Source: an uncultured bacterium (lineage in GTDB: Bacteria; Patescibacteriota; Minisyncoccia; Phycocordibacterales; UBA2100). Taken from it: a stretch of 64,000 nucleotides of DNA. Below, one piece after another: positions 47,885 to 58,020 of this stretch (within the stretch, counting starts at the first letter, position 1; the number at the start of each line of letters is the position of its first letter). The stretch covers positions 40,697 to 104,696 of the forward strand of contig CAIJXH010000004.1 in NCBI GenBank assembly GCA_903824595.1, in the 5' to 3' direction. A program made the translations under genes and the position numbers. Below the pieces are notes generated by a model, which had not been told where the DNA came from, did no database searches, and worked only from the letters and a program-made list of their open reading frames with translations.

Positions 47885-49111
47885 TTATTGTACTGTGCAA
47901 AGATGGTTTATTCTGCTTACACTGAACCGAAAAGATTGCAAAAATGTACACCTTGGCAATGAAGCAGGGACAGTTCCATCAATATAGGTAAAAGTACCCT
48001 CAGTCAAACTACCTGTTGTTCCTGATAATGGTTTATAAGAATACGTGTTCGGTTGCTGTTTTGGAACACTCACAGAATCGCCAATGTTCACAACATCTCC
48101 AACAAAATATCTTTGTGTTAAATCTCTCAGACCAGATCCGTTTTGCATTGATTGAACTGTTTGCAATCCCACAATCCCATCTACTGTTAAATTATGTGCT
48201 TGTTGATATTGCCTTACCGCTGCTTCAGTTTTTGGACCAAATACACCATCTGATTTGCCGGTATTATATCCATTAGCTGTCAGAAAATCTTGCAAATTAG
48301 ATACATTTTTACCACGATCCCCAACACTCAACACATCCCCGTTGTTCTGGATATCGTTTAGAGTTTGCCCTATGGCACTTGGAGAAACTGGCTTCGCTGT
48401 TCTGGCAGCTTGTGGTATCGGGGCGAATCCCGCCTTCTTGCACTGCGCATCCACCAAAGCCTGGACTTGTTTGATACACGTCGCACACACAGTATTAATC
48501 TCCCTGAATTCTTCTTTAAAACCATTGCCTTTGTACACACCATTCTCCGATCCATCGGTACACCTACACTCCTCGGCGGTTGAATCTGATAACACGGCGA
48601 CATTTGGCTTGAGCCACAAAAACCACACCGCTCCATATCCTTGTTGCGCTTGCTCTTCGGAAAGGTGGTACTGGGTGCCACATAGATCCATGCTCTCTTT
48701 GCTTATCATGGCCCCTGCTTCATTATTCGACAATGTCAGACGACTTTTTATATTTGTATTCTTGTCAGCCCGATACGCACCTTTCGCATCACGAGATGAG
48801 ACACGAAAACACTCAAGATTCTTTGCTAAGCTAGCTGGCCTATCCTGAAAATCCCTTGAAACAGCAACTACTCTCCCCACCTTGATTCCGACAGACTTTC
48901 CCTCAAAATTCTCCGCAATATGTTCGTGACACCTGAACAAGCTCTGGAGCAGATTCGCATCAACACCCGATGTACTCGCCCCCCCCGCCACCTGACCCGC
49001 ACTCGGCACCGACTGCGAAGAAACGGCGATGGTGAAGAAAAGCGCGGCGGCAATGATACCAGCGGGGAGCGTGGGAAGGATGGTGGTTTTATATCGCACG
49101 GTGTTACTCAT
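47885..49111 (-). CDS. Secreted protein with C-terminal peptidoglycan-binding (PG_binding_1-like) domain.
   Basis: LQDFLTANGYNTGKSDGVFGPKTEAAVRQYQQAHNLTVDGIVGLQT matches the PGRP/PG-binding_1 repeat consensus. Confidence 0.5.
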   Translation of the reverse strand: MSNTVRYKTTILPTLPAGIIAAALFFTIAVSSQSVPSAGQVAGGASTSGVDANLLQSLFRCHEHIAENFEGKSVGIKVGRVVAVSRDFQDRPASLAKNLECFRVSSRDAKGAYRADKNTNIKSRLTLSNNEAGAMISKESMDLCGTQYHLSEEQAQQGYGAVWFLWLKPNVAVLSDSTAEECRCTDGSENGVYKGNGFKEEFREINTVCATCIKQVQALVDAQCKKAGFAPIPQAARTAKPVSPSAIGQTLNDIQNNGDVLSVGDRGKNVSNLQDFLTANGYNTGKSDGVFGPKTEAAVRQYQQAHNLTVDGIVGLQTVQSMQNGSGLRDLTQRYFVGDVVNIGDSVSVPKQQPNTYSYKPLSGTTGSLTEGTFTYIDGTVPASLPRCTFLQSFRFSVSRINHLCTVQ

Positions 49112-49166
49112 GCCGTATATACTATCATTGTTGCGCTCGCGCTACCACCCCCATGTGTATTACGAA

Positions 49167-49286
49167 GTGCCTATCCCCTCACGACATGTTCGACGAGGTC
49201 TTTGCAGCGCGACGGCGCGAAACAGAGGGATTTTTCAGCAGAAAAATCCCGACCTCGGAGAATCGTGTCGTGAGGGGATAGGCACC
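49167..49286. mobile_element. MITE-like palindromic element copy 1 (120 bp; 21-bp terminal inverted repeats GTGCCTATCCCCTCACGACA; flanked by TATTACGAa / TATTACGAc).
   Basis: Near-perfect long hairpin with nested stems. A second near-identical copy at 52489..52608 has a different flanking duplication. Confidence 0.7.
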
Positions 49287-49307
49287 TATTACGACACGCG
49301 TATCCCA

Positions 49308-51272
49308 TTACGACGTGGGAGCAGTATCAGCGCGCGCCACTTTTGCCGCTGACGCAATGTTCCCACTGTCGGGAACAGCAGAAAGACGTGAGTGTGGAGG
49401 TTGTATGCGCGAAGAAGAAATCGGAGCGGAAGAGGTCTCTACAGCTGCTGCGTTCGTTTCTTGCGTCGCTTCCATTTCTTGTTTTGCTTTTTTGATTGCG
49501 AGAATCTGCGACGGATCGGAGGTTATGATCTGATCTTCGGTGTACGATGCGACCACCTTGATCGCGACATGCTTCAATCCCGCAAAGAAAATCCCCTCTC
49601 CCACATCACTTTCGAGCAGAAGGTACTTCTCTTCATCGGAAAGCTTGAAGGTGCTCTGTACAAGATCCACCGAAGTCGGCGACTGACGCAACAGCATCTG
49701 GATTGAGGAGTTGGTAATCATCGGGACGCCGTACGGAGAATTGAGGAAGTCGGAGACGTCTTGCGTGATCGTGGAGACGCCGAGGAAATATTTGCGTCCG
49801 CGCTTGATGATGCCGAAAAGGAATGAGGCGGTATCTTGGCTTCTCATCATCCACCATGCCTCGTCGATGATGAGGAGGCGTTTGCGTAGCTCTTTTCTCA
49901 CCGTGTTCCAAATATGATGCGTGATGATGTACATGGCGACCGGCTTGAGATCGTCTTCCATGTCGCGCACCGAGAAGACGACGAGCTTTTTGTTCATGTC
50001 GACATTGGTCGGACGATTCATAAAGCCAGACCACGTGCCTTTTGTATATTTCGAGAGGCGCGCAACGAGCGAGTCACTCCCCTCCATACCCGACAGCACG
50101 AGTTCGAAATCGGAGAGAAGAGGCGGTTCGACTGCGGCAAAATTAGAATCCGGGGTTATGTCTTTGAGCGCGTAGGTCTCGGTGATGGCTTTATCGATCA
50201 CGGCATCTTCTTCTGGAGTGAGTCCGCCGAGCATGATGCGGAAAAGTCCCACAAGCGTGATAATGTTGTTGCGCAACACATCGGACGGAGCTTCGTCTTC
50301 GCGCGGGATCGGAAGATCGAAAGGATTGATATGGTGTTCGGACGAAAGCGAAATATTGAAGTAACGTCCGCCCACCGTCTCGGCGAGATACTCATACTCA
50401 CGCTCTGGGTCGATGACGATCACCTCCACGTCAAACATGAGCGAGCGCAAAATCTCGAGCTTGGTCATGTATGACTTCCCTGCGCCCGATTTCGCAAAGG
50501 TGACGGAGTTGTAGTTTTCGAGCGAGAAACGATCGAACAGGATGAGTGAAGAATTGTGACGATTGATGCCGTAGAGAATGCCGCGATCCGAGGTGAGGTC
50601 AAAAGATATGAAAGGAAAGATCGACGACAATGGCGCTGAATTTAGTTTTGTATGCACGTCAAGCTCATCAGTACCAAGCGGCAACGTGGAACGAAATCCC
50701 TGCTCCTGCTGAAACAGCGCCGGACGTATATACACAAGCCGCGACTCCAAAACCGATCGCACATCACTTTCTATTTTGTCGAGCTCGTCTCGCGTTGCCG
50801 CGTAAATCGTGATGTACAAACCAACATCAAAGATACGTTCCTGTGCTTGCTGTAAACTATCGCGAAGCTGTTCAATATCCGCATACGCCGTGTCGAGCAT
50901 CGGATCACGCACCATGCCCGATTCTTCACGCGTGGAAATCTGACTTTGCACCTCCGCCACCTTTTTCTGGAATTTGCGCAACATTTCATTGGTATCCATG
51001 GGGTGAATGAACACTGAAATATCTATCACCTTGTCCATGTTGATGATCGGCGCAAACCATCCTGTCGTGAGAAAACGCGGATACGAGATGACAAAAAATG
51101 TACGAGCTATTTTTTCGCCAAGATCAAGCTCGCGCGAATGTATCTTGAGCGCATGCGGCGCAATAACATCTTGTAAATCCAAAATACCCGTGCGATAAAT
51201 CTCCTCGGGCAATATAGGCAATATCTTCGCCGTATCCTGCTTCTTTGTGACAAATAAATCAAGAAATGACAT
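49308..51272 (-). CDS. VirB4/TrbE/CagE-like type IV secretion ATPase (ATPase domain; N-terminal domain encoded by the separate upstream ORF).
   Basis: Walker A FAKSGAGKSYMTK, Walker B VIVIDPEREYEY..., C-terminal motifs of the VirB4 family. Confidence 0.7.
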   Translation of the reverse strand: MSFLDLFVTKKQDTAKILPILPEEIYRTGILDLQDVIAPHALKIHSRELDLGEKIARTFFVISYPRFLTTGWFAPIINMDKVIDISVFIHPMDTNEMLRKFQKKVAEVQSQISTREESGMVRDPMLDTAYADIEQLRDSLQQAQERIFDVGLYITIYAATRDELDKIESDVRSVLESRLVYIRPALFQQEQGFRSTLPLGTDELDVHTKLNSAPLSSIFPFISFDLTSDRGILYGINRHNSSLILFDRFSLENYNSVTFAKSGAGKSYMTKLEILRSLMFDVEVIVIDPEREYEYLAETVGGRYFNISLSSEHHINPFDLPIPREDEAPSDVLRNNIITLVGLFRIMLGGLTPEEDAVIDKAITETYALKDITPDSNFAAVEPPLLSDFELVLSGMEGSDSLVARLSKYTKGTWSGFMNRPTNVDMNKKLVVFSVRDMEDDLKPVAMYIITHHIWNTVRKELRKRLLIIDEAWWMMRSQDTASFLFGIIKRGRKYFLGVSTITQDVSDFLNSPYGVPMITNSSIQMLLRQSPTSVDLVQSTFKLSDEEKYLLLESDVGEGIFFAGLKHVAIKVVASYTEDQIITSDPSQILAIKKAKQEMEATQETNAAAVETSSAPISSSRIQPPHSRLSAVPDSGNIASAAKVARADTAPTS

Positions 51273-51289
51273 ACGGTAATGATAACGTA

Positions 51290-51934
51290 TTACGCTTCAA
51301 GCGGCATCGGTTTTCCTTCTTCTCCAGGATTGAACATTTTGTAGAGGAGCTCGATCGTCTCTTCAGTCCCCAAACGCACCGTGCGCACTCCCGTGCGTAT
51401 CAGCCCCTGTTGCACAACACTGATTCGCTGCTCAAGCTGAGAAAGCTGTTCTTCGAACGATCGATTTGCAGCCTCTGTGCTGCTTTCTTTTTTGAACGAG
51501 AAAAACGACGCCGCTTCCGCGACAGTCGTCGCGCCGCCCGCATAAGGAATGACGACAAAGAAATTCTTGGTCATGATACTTGCTGCTTCAGTGAAGTTTT
51601 TTATGAACTCGATGTATTCGCGGATTTGAATGCGCATGAGGTCGTTGAGCTGTGCTTTGTATGCTTCCTCCAGCGTGGCAACATACGGACGGATGTCGAG
51701 CATGCGCGATTGCACAAAAATTTGTATGGTGAAATCGAGCGCATTGAGACAATTTTGAAACTGCACGATGAACGCCGTCTGCTCGTCTTCAGACTTGAGT
51801 GCGAAGTTGATCGACGACGCAAGAAGAATGGCGCGGAGACTCCCGTCTTTCAAAACGATGATCCCATCACGGACTTCACGCACAGGGACGAAATCTTGAG
51901 TCGATTTGCTTGCGTTTGTGGTGGAATGCGGCAT
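51290..51934 (-). CDS. VirB4 N-terminal-domain-like protein (split from the ATPase domain by a 17-nt gap and a frame change).
   Basis: DFVPVREVRDGIIVLKDGSLRAILLASSINFALKSEDE matches the conserved N-terminal CagE/TrbE/VirB4 segment. Confidence 0.5.
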   Translation of the reverse strand: MPHSTTNASKSTQDFVPVREVRDGIIVLKDGSLRAILLASSINFALKSEDEQTAFIVQFQNCLNALDFTIQIFVQSRMLDIRPYVATLEEAYKAQLNDLMRIQIREYIEFIKNFTEAASIMTKNFFVVIPYAGGATTVAEAASFFSFKKESSTEAANRSFEEQLSQLEQRISVVQQGLIRTGVRTVRLGTEETIELLYKMFNPGEEGKPMPLEA

Positions 51935-51946
51935 AGGTATATACGA

Positions 51947-52435
51947 TTATACACGCATCGTCCGCGATGCTGGCAATGGCACGCCATCCATGCCGCGCTC
52001 CTCGTCTCGCGCAATACCCCCCGCGACTCGCTCCTTGATATCGAGTGACCACGCCAAATCACGAAGCTTGCTTTCAGACAGTTTGGGCACATACGTTTCC
52101 GTCGTAACGATCCCCGCTTTTTTCTGCTCCCCCACGCCATCTTTCCACTTCATGCGACGCTGATTGCTCCAGAGGTAGAATTTTGTTCGCATAAGGTACC
52201 GCAAACCATTTTCGAGCGCGTCGATAAACGGGCGATCGTTGTATGTGATAAACGCAAGCGCAAGCGCGAAAGCTGCGAGTATAATCATGCACGGGATCGC
52301 GATCAAAGACGGGAGCAACCTCCACACCAGGTACGACGCCCCCGCCCCTCCCACCACAAACACAAACTGCTTGAACGTAAGAGGACCAAAAATCTTGTCC
52401 TCGACTTCAATAAACTGCGGAACCTGAAACTGCAT
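51947..52435 (-). CDS. VirB3/PrgI-like small membrane protein (putative).
   Basis: MQFQVPQFIEVEDKIFGPLTFKQFVFVVGGAGASYLVW: N-terminal motif plus two TM helices, as in VirB3-like proteins preceding VirB4. Confidence 0.4.
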   Translation of the reverse strand: MQFQVPQFIEVEDKIFGPLTFKQFVFVVGGAGASYLVWRLLPSLIAIPCMIILAAFALALAFITYNDRPFIDALENGLRYLMRTKFYLWSNQRRMKWKDGVGEQKKAGIVTTETYVPKLSESKLRDLAWSLDIKERVAGGIARDEERGMDGVPLPASRTMRV

Positions 52436-52488
52436 ATTGCCAGTATACCAAGCGTATCGACGTGCTCATGACCTGTTTGTGCGTATCA

Positions 52489-52608
52489 GTGCCTATACCC
52501 TCACGACATGTTCGACGAGGTCTTTGCAGCGCGACGGCGCGAAACAGAGGGATTTTTCAGCAGAAAAATCCCGACCTCGGAGAATCGTGTCGTGAGGGTA
52601 TAGGCACC
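52489..52608. mobile_element. MITE-like palindromic element copy 2 (flanked by a perfect 9-bp duplication TGCGTATCA). An adjacent partial third copy lies at ~52623..52666.
   Basis: Identical to copy 1 except one compensatory pair of substitutions in the terminal stem (C->A on the left arm, G->T on the right arm). Confidence 0.7.
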
Positions 52609-52671
52609 TGCGTATCACCATCACACGACGCGTTCGACGAGGTCTTTGCAGTGCGACGACGCACAGGTTAT

Positions 52672-53202
52672 TCACGCCGCTTCTCGATACGGGTCGTCGG
52701 CGACCGAGGCACGCGACACACTCGTCTCTCCCGGTCGATACCCATCGTTGACTATCGGCACACGCATGACACGCATGGCGTGAGGCGCGGGAGGGGGTGT
52801 CGCGGGCACAGGAGGAGCTGGCGCGACCACCGACTCACGCGACGAAACGGGCGCGCTCGGCAATGGTGCCGCCTCTTTCTTTTCAAGCTCATGTTCAAGC
52901 GCTACGCGAATCGGCTCGAACACAACGCGTGAAATATCTCGCACAAGCGCGGTTGCCACATCGGCAGGAACGCCCACTTCCTTTTCCACGTTTGCCGCGA
53001 GAGCATCTACCGACTGAATGCCCAGCATCGCGAGCATCACCTCGTTCTCGAGTTGCTCCCATTGATCAATATGAAGTTTGTATAGAGTGGAAAGCTCGCG
53101 CAAATGATGCTCGACATCGGCAGACACAATCGCCTCTTGCACAATGCGTGGCAACGTGGAGAAACGCTCTTGCAATTGTTGTTGAATATCCGACGTGGTC
53201 AT
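52672..53202 (-). CDS. Hypothetical helical protein with Pro/Ala-rich tail (T4SS cluster).
   Basis: 176-aa ORF. Confidence 0.35.
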   Translation of the reverse strand: MTTSDIQQQLQERFSTLPRIVQEAIVSADVEHHLRELSTLYKLHIDQWEQLENEVMLAMLGIQSVDALAANVEKEVGVPADVATALVRDISRVVFEPIRVALEHELEKKEAAPLPSAPVSSRESVVAPAPPVPATPPPAPHAMRVMRVPIVNDGYRPGETSVSRASVADDPYREAA

Positions 53203-53225
53203 AGAAGATGAATATGGTAAGTATA

Positions 53226-55514
53226 TTATTTTTTAGCGGACGTTGGGTCTTTGGTCTCTTTCAGTTTCTCTCTCAATCCTTCGAGAAGTCTGTCCGCCTC
53301 TTTCTTCTCCTTACCCTTTTTTACCTGATCGCGTGCAAGCTGCGCCAGAGAATCATCAGACTCGTTGCCGAGAAGCCCAAATAATCTCGCGGCGCGCCCA
53401 TGCGCCAGTGTAGCAGCGTTGTCTGCAACGGAGTACTCCAGATTACCTCCTTCGGTGACCCGTAGCGCACGATACTTGTCTGCAACCGCATTTTTGAGTA
53501 CGTCTGTTTCAACACGCGTCTTGTCGCGTTGCGCATTCTCGTATATTTTCTGCGCATTCTCGAGTACCTGCTTCGTTGCCGCAGACGCGTCTTCAATATT
53601 TTTTGCTGCGGCTTTTATCCTGCTATCAACTGCGTCAATTTCGCCTTGCTTTTTGCTTATTGTTTTTTTATCCGCACCATTACGCTTGAGCTTGAGGTCG
53701 TTGAGCTCCGCTTCTTTTTTATTTTTCTCCAATTCGGCAGCCGCCTTTTCTGATTTATGTTGCCGAACTTCACGACTAGATTCGACATCATCGTGAGCCG
53801 CTCTTACGGTCACCAGATTTTTCGCGGCTTGTTCGAGGTGTGTACTTGCAACGCCAAGTCTCTCGTCATGTGATTGTTTGATAATTTTATCCCGAATCAC
53901 CTGTGTATTTGGCTTGAGACGTTCCGCTTGAGCGGCATATCCCTTCGCCTTCTCCGTGCGTACACCCTTGAACCCTCCATACGTGGTGATACCCGCGCCA
54001 TCCAAGCCCGAGAGTTTGGCAAGCTGTTTGCCCGCGGCGGTGTTCATGAAATTGAAATCGCTTTTGGCAACCGCACTGGTCGGTTTATGAAACAATTCAT
54101 CGACCATGCGTGCGCGCACGTTTTTCCCTTGTCCTGCAAGGTTACCTCTCCACCTCTCCGTTCTATTTGCTAAGCTCGAGCTCATCCCCCCCAGTACCGT
54201 ACGACCCGCAAACCCGCCAAACTTTGCCGCACCAAGCACGGGCACCATCAGCGACGCGGCACTCAGTACGCGCGAAAGCCCCCCGCCCGCCACACTGCCC
54301 GACACCATACTGGCGACGCGAAGCGAGACGAACAAGAGTGCAATAATAATCGTTGCGTTGACCAGCGCAGGGACCGATTGTTCCGCTTGCCCCGACGCCA
54401 GCAACTGACCAAGCGTCGACACGTTCCACGTACTATGCGCGTAATCTGAAAAAGCGTGCGCGATCATCAAGTTTGCCCACAAAAGCATCATGAGCAGCGG
54501 GGCGAGTACGGCGTTGTGAATAAGCGATCTCCACCATCGTTCCCACCCAAGCTCGATAAAGTCACCGGGAATAAGCCAGCTTGCAAACGCGATCGCCGAT
54601 ACCAACATGAGAAAAATAAGTGACACCGCTCGATACACGAGAAGAAATGATCCAAACACAAACACACACGCAATTGCCGCGAGAATGACGAACGATACAA
54701 GACCATACAGCAGACCGACCCACGCGTTTTGCGCCGAATATCCTACGCTAATCGCACTGCTATCGAATATGCCATTCACTCCTATGTATTGCATGAATTT
54801 CGCCGCAATGCCGCCCGTACCGGGAGACACAACGGTATTGGACGACGTGCGAGTGACGGGAGTGGCGATGTCATCACTTTTCAACATGCTCGTGTAAAAT
54901 TGCGCCGCGGTGAAATTGGAAACATCGACAATCATCTTGGTAAACAAAAGACTGAAATTGAGCAAGATTGCGATAATGAGCACGCGCGCGATGCGACGCT
55001 TGTCACCAAACTGAGTTATACCGAGAATGAGACACACGGCGGTAAATACGAACATACCAATGATGATAATGTCGGCAATATCGCGGAAAAATGTCCACCC
55101 CACGTCGATTCCGTTGGTAATAGCGCTGAACAACGAACCGAATCCGACCACCACGTGTCCCAGTAAAAACTCAAACATTCTTCCCGAAAATTCCGCAAAA
55201 AATACACCGACGGCGACAAGAATATTCCCGATCCCTCCTGTGATCCATCGCAGCCAACACCCCCCATCTACCCAACTCTTTGCACCAGTACACGCGCTCG
55301 ACGAAAGCACAGACGACGCATCGGCAGTATTGTAGTTAGCCGATCCTGTGCCGTTTGGGTCGAATGGTGTTTCCTGGGCTTGAGATTGCGTCTGTGCATA
55401 TGCAACGCGTGCGGGCACGAGTACCACGCTTGCAAACAAGAACGCAAGTATCACAAGCACAAAACCAGCTCGTATTCGCACTGCTCTCGTCGCGTGTGTC
55501 GTCATAATTTCCAT
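53226..55514 (-). CDS. Large polytopic membrane protein, VirB6/TrbL-like (putative T4SS inner-membrane channel component) with C-terminal coiled-coil.
   Basis: >=8 TM helices over ~450 aa followed by a Lys/Glu/Ala-rich coiled-coil tail. The topology and position next to VirB4 fit VirB6-like proteins. Confidence 0.45.
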   Translation of the reverse strand: MEIMTTHATRAVRIRAGFVLVILAFLFASVVLVPARVAYAQTQSQAQETPFDPNGTGSANYNTADASSVLSSSACTGAKSWVDGGCWLRWITGGIGNILVAVGVFFAEFSGRMFEFLLGHVVVGFGSLFSAITNGIDVGWTFFRDIADIIIIGMFVFTAVCLILGITQFGDKRRIARVLIIAILLNFSLLFTKMIVDVSNFTAAQFYTSMLKSDDIATPVTRTSSNTVVSPGTGGIAAKFMQYIGVNGIFDSSAISVGYSAQNAWVGLLYGLVSFVILAAIACVFVFGSFLLVYRAVSLIFLMLVSAIAFASWLIPGDFIELGWERWWRSLIHNAVLAPLLMMLLWANLMIAHAFSDYAHSTWNVSTLGQLLASGQAEQSVPALVNATIIIALLFVSLRVASMVSGSVAGGGLSRVLSAASLMVPVLGAAKFGGFAGRTVLGGMSSSLANRTERWRGNLAGQGKNVRARMVDELFHKPTSAVAKSDFNFMNTAAGKQLAKLSGLDGAGITTYGGFKGVRTEKAKGYAAQAERLKPNTQVIRDKIIKQSHDERLGVASTHLEQAAKNLVTVRAAHDDVESSREVRQHKSEKAAAELEKNKKEAELNDLKLKRNGADKKTISKKQGEIDAVDSRIKAAAKNIEDASAATKQVLENAQKIYENAQRDKTRVETDVLKNAVADKYRALRVTEGGNLEYSVADNAATLAHGRAARLFGLLGNESDDSLAQLARDQVKKGKEKKEADRLLEGLREKLKETKDPTSAKK

Positions 55515-57130
55515 GCCGCCGACCATCGGTTTATCACCGCAGGATTTTTGATGTTGCACCAGCCAACCGTCGCGTCGGTGTTGTCTCCCCATGCCGTGAC
55601 CGTATCTTTGAGGAGCGTGTTCATGGCATTTTGCGTATCGCTTTGTTTTTGTGCAGCGTTCTGTGCATCATACTGCGTATGCAGAGCCCCTTGCGCGACA
55701 AGCTGATCGAGCATCTGCAGCGATGCCTGCTGTTCGGCAACCGTCTTTGCATTGGCTATACCCGAGATCATCGTGTTGATTCTTGCGAGTGCCGTTTGTG
55801 ATGTGTGAATGTTGTCGATCGTTGTCGAAGCAAGAGGAGCAATTTGCGCGTCGATGACGCCTTGCGACGCGAGTGTCGACGTTGCGATCTTTTCTTTCGG
55901 AGCTTCTTGCGAAACACTTCCATCGGAAGCAGGTGTTGTCGAACCCATACACACGCTGTCTACAGGAGGCGCAACACACACATGCCTTTCTGGATGATCA
56001 TCTTTCTGATACGTGATCAAATCCCAGCATTTCGTTTCTGCAGCTCGTAACTGCCCGATTGTTTGCGTAAGATTTTGTGCGGTTGCATTCATTGCCGACA
56101 AATACTTGAGTTCATTCTGACGCGCCGCTGTCAGAATGCCAAGCGCCGCGTTGCCTGTGGCACCCACGACACCATTGCTCGATGCGGTGGTCATAGCATC
56201 CAGGAACGATGGTCCGCCGTTGTTTTGTGCAAGTCCTTTTAGTCCTTGCGCACTTGTCATCACTTGCGTCGAAACACCTGCGTACAGCGAACTAATCATC
56301 TGTCCGATATCGGTAGCATTTTCGAGTTGAGAAAACCCTGACTGTACGAGCTGATTTGCATTGCTCGCAACCATCGCACCAGGCGTAACCGTGATGGTAT
56401 TTCCATTATCGTCAAGCTGTTCGACTCCATAAATGCCATTGCCCGTTTGGAGTTTGAACAGCATCTGACCAACCGAGGTGTCTACTTGACGGTCGACCGC
56501 ATTTCGCACCAGCGATGCCGCACCCAATGGATTACATGCGGGATTCATGAAATTGTGAAAATCGTCAAACGAGAACGGGCGCGACGTGGGGTTGGTAATG
56601 TCTGCTTTGAGATCACCGCCGTAATTGCATACCAGCTGGTTGTTGGTGCGTGTTTCTGCCATGTATTGACGCGCGACAGTTGAGCGCACTTGATTGCGGA
56701 ACGCTGGATTGACTTCGTTGATGTTCATAAGCTGTGAAAGCGCCGCCTTATCCCCTGCTGCCACAATATCGGCATTTAGATCGACAGGCCACATAGGATT
56801 GCCGTTACGACCCGTGAGGAATCCTGAAAGACCTTTTTTCGTGAACGAAGCGGTCGCGCTTTCACGCAGACGACTCACCAGCGGGCGCAAGACGCACTGG
56901 AGATAATCCATAATTCCAGAATTGAGCGTCACCGCCGCGTCGTTGACAGGGACGAACGTGCCGCCCATCGCTGCAAACGTTCCAGAGCTTATACTCGCAC
57001 CACCAATGTTGCTGCACCCAAATATTCCATTACTTTGATACTGATACCCAGCGGTTTGCGCCGACACAGACGACGTCGTCAGCATCAAGCCGACCATTAT
57101 GATTCCCACGGTGCGAATGATCTGGCTCAT
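55502..57130 (-). CDS. Secreted hypothetical protein (signal peptide), T4SS-cluster member.
   Basis: MSQIIRTVGIIMVGLMLTTSSVSAQT signal. 542 aa, Asn/Gln/Ala-rich. Confidence 0.45.
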   Translation of the reverse strand: MSQIIRTVGIIMVGLMLTTSSVSAQTAGYQYQSNGIFGCSNIGGASISSGTFAAMGGTFVPVNDAAVTLNSGIMDYLQCVLRPLVSRLRESATASFTKKGLSGFLTGRNGNPMWPVDLNADIVAAGDKAALSQLMNINEVNPAFRNQVRSTVARQYMAETRTNNQLVCNYGGDLKADITNPTSRPFSFDDFHNFMNPACNPLGAASLVRNAVDRQVDTSVGQMLFKLQTGNGIYGVEQLDDNGNTITVTPGAMVASNANQLVQSGFSQLENATDIGQMISSLYAGVSTQVMTSAQGLKGLAQNNGGPSFLDAMTTASSNGVVGATGNAALGILTAARQNELKYLSAMNATAQNLTQTIGQLRAAETKCWDLITYQKDDHPERHVCVAPPVDSVCMGSTTPASDGSVSQEAPKEKIATSTLASQGVIDAQIAPLASTTIDNIHTSQTALARINTMISGIANAKTVAEQQASLQMLDQLVAQGALHTQYDAQNAAQKQSDTQNAMNTLLKDTVTAWGDNTDATVGWCNIKNPAVINRWSAAWKL

Positions 57131-58014
57131 GGTGTTCGTGAGCGCTCGTATTGCGCGAGGTCGTTGAACGCATTGAGCATCACTTGTTCCTTGTCCTGGT
57201 AGGTGCGCAAAAGCGCCGCGCTCGCAAACGGATCATCAACATGCGCGATCATCGCATCGAGTGTTGCCGAAAACGCCGCAAGCGCATTGATAATTGCAAC
57301 ATGGAACGAGAGAAGGTTTGCAGGGACGACAACAGCGCTCACGCCTCGAACAGCGAGCTGATAATTCGCAACCTCTTCCTTGAGCTGATCGAGATACGAA
57401 ACATCGTGTGACGCAATGTAATTGGCATAAAGCTTCAATTCGTAGTCGGGATTTTTGAGGAGTGGTGCGAGTGCCTCCCGCATATCACTCCGATACGTAA
57501 GCATGCGCTGATATGACGTATCGGGACTTGAAGAGAAGTCTGAAGCGGTATAAGTAGGATGCGAGACGTTTGCCTGAAGCGTCTGTGCAATATTTTGTGC
57601 AATAAGCGCTCCTTTTTCTGGAGTGAAACTGCCGCTTTTTTGCAGCACCGCATACGTTTCTGCGAACGTGCCCACCACATTGCCCGCAATGTTCGCAATG
57701 CCGTCAGGATCGTGAGTGTCGTGCAGCACAACAGGCGACGAACTTGAAATATCGAGCAGATCTCTCTGCCATGGCTCATCGTTTGATGGCGATGCTTCTT
57801 CAGACGTCACGCTTGATGTTGCCGCGAACACATTAGTGGCGACTACCATAGAACGTGCCGAAACAATGCGTCCCACAGCCACAATCAAAAGCGTGCAAAA
57901 AGAAATCGCGGCGAGAATTGCCATTGGAGAAAGCGCCTCGGTATGCGAGCGTTCGTCATTCATCTCCTGATTATACCAGTACAAGCACTGCAGTGCGTCT
58001 TCGCCCCAGAACAA
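57127..58014 (-). CDS. Membrane-anchored hypothetical protein, T4SS-cluster member.
   Basis: One TM (AILAAISFCTLLIVAV), 295 aa. Confidence 0.4.
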   Translation of the reverse strand: MFWGEDALQCLYWYNQEMNDERSHTEALSPMAILAAISFCTLLIVAVGRIVSARSMVVATNVFAATSSVTSEEASPSNDEPWQRDLLDISSSSPVVLHDTHDPDGIANIAGNVVGTFAETYAVLQKSGSFTPEKGALIAQNIAQTLQANVSHPTYTASDFSSSPDTSYQRMLTYRSDMREALAPLLKNPDYELKLYANYIASHDVSYLDQLKEEVANYQLAVRGVSAVVVPANLLSFHVAIINALAAFSATLDAMIAHVDDPFASAALLRTYQDKEQVMLNAFNDLAQYERSRTP

Positions 58015-58020
58015 GAACGC

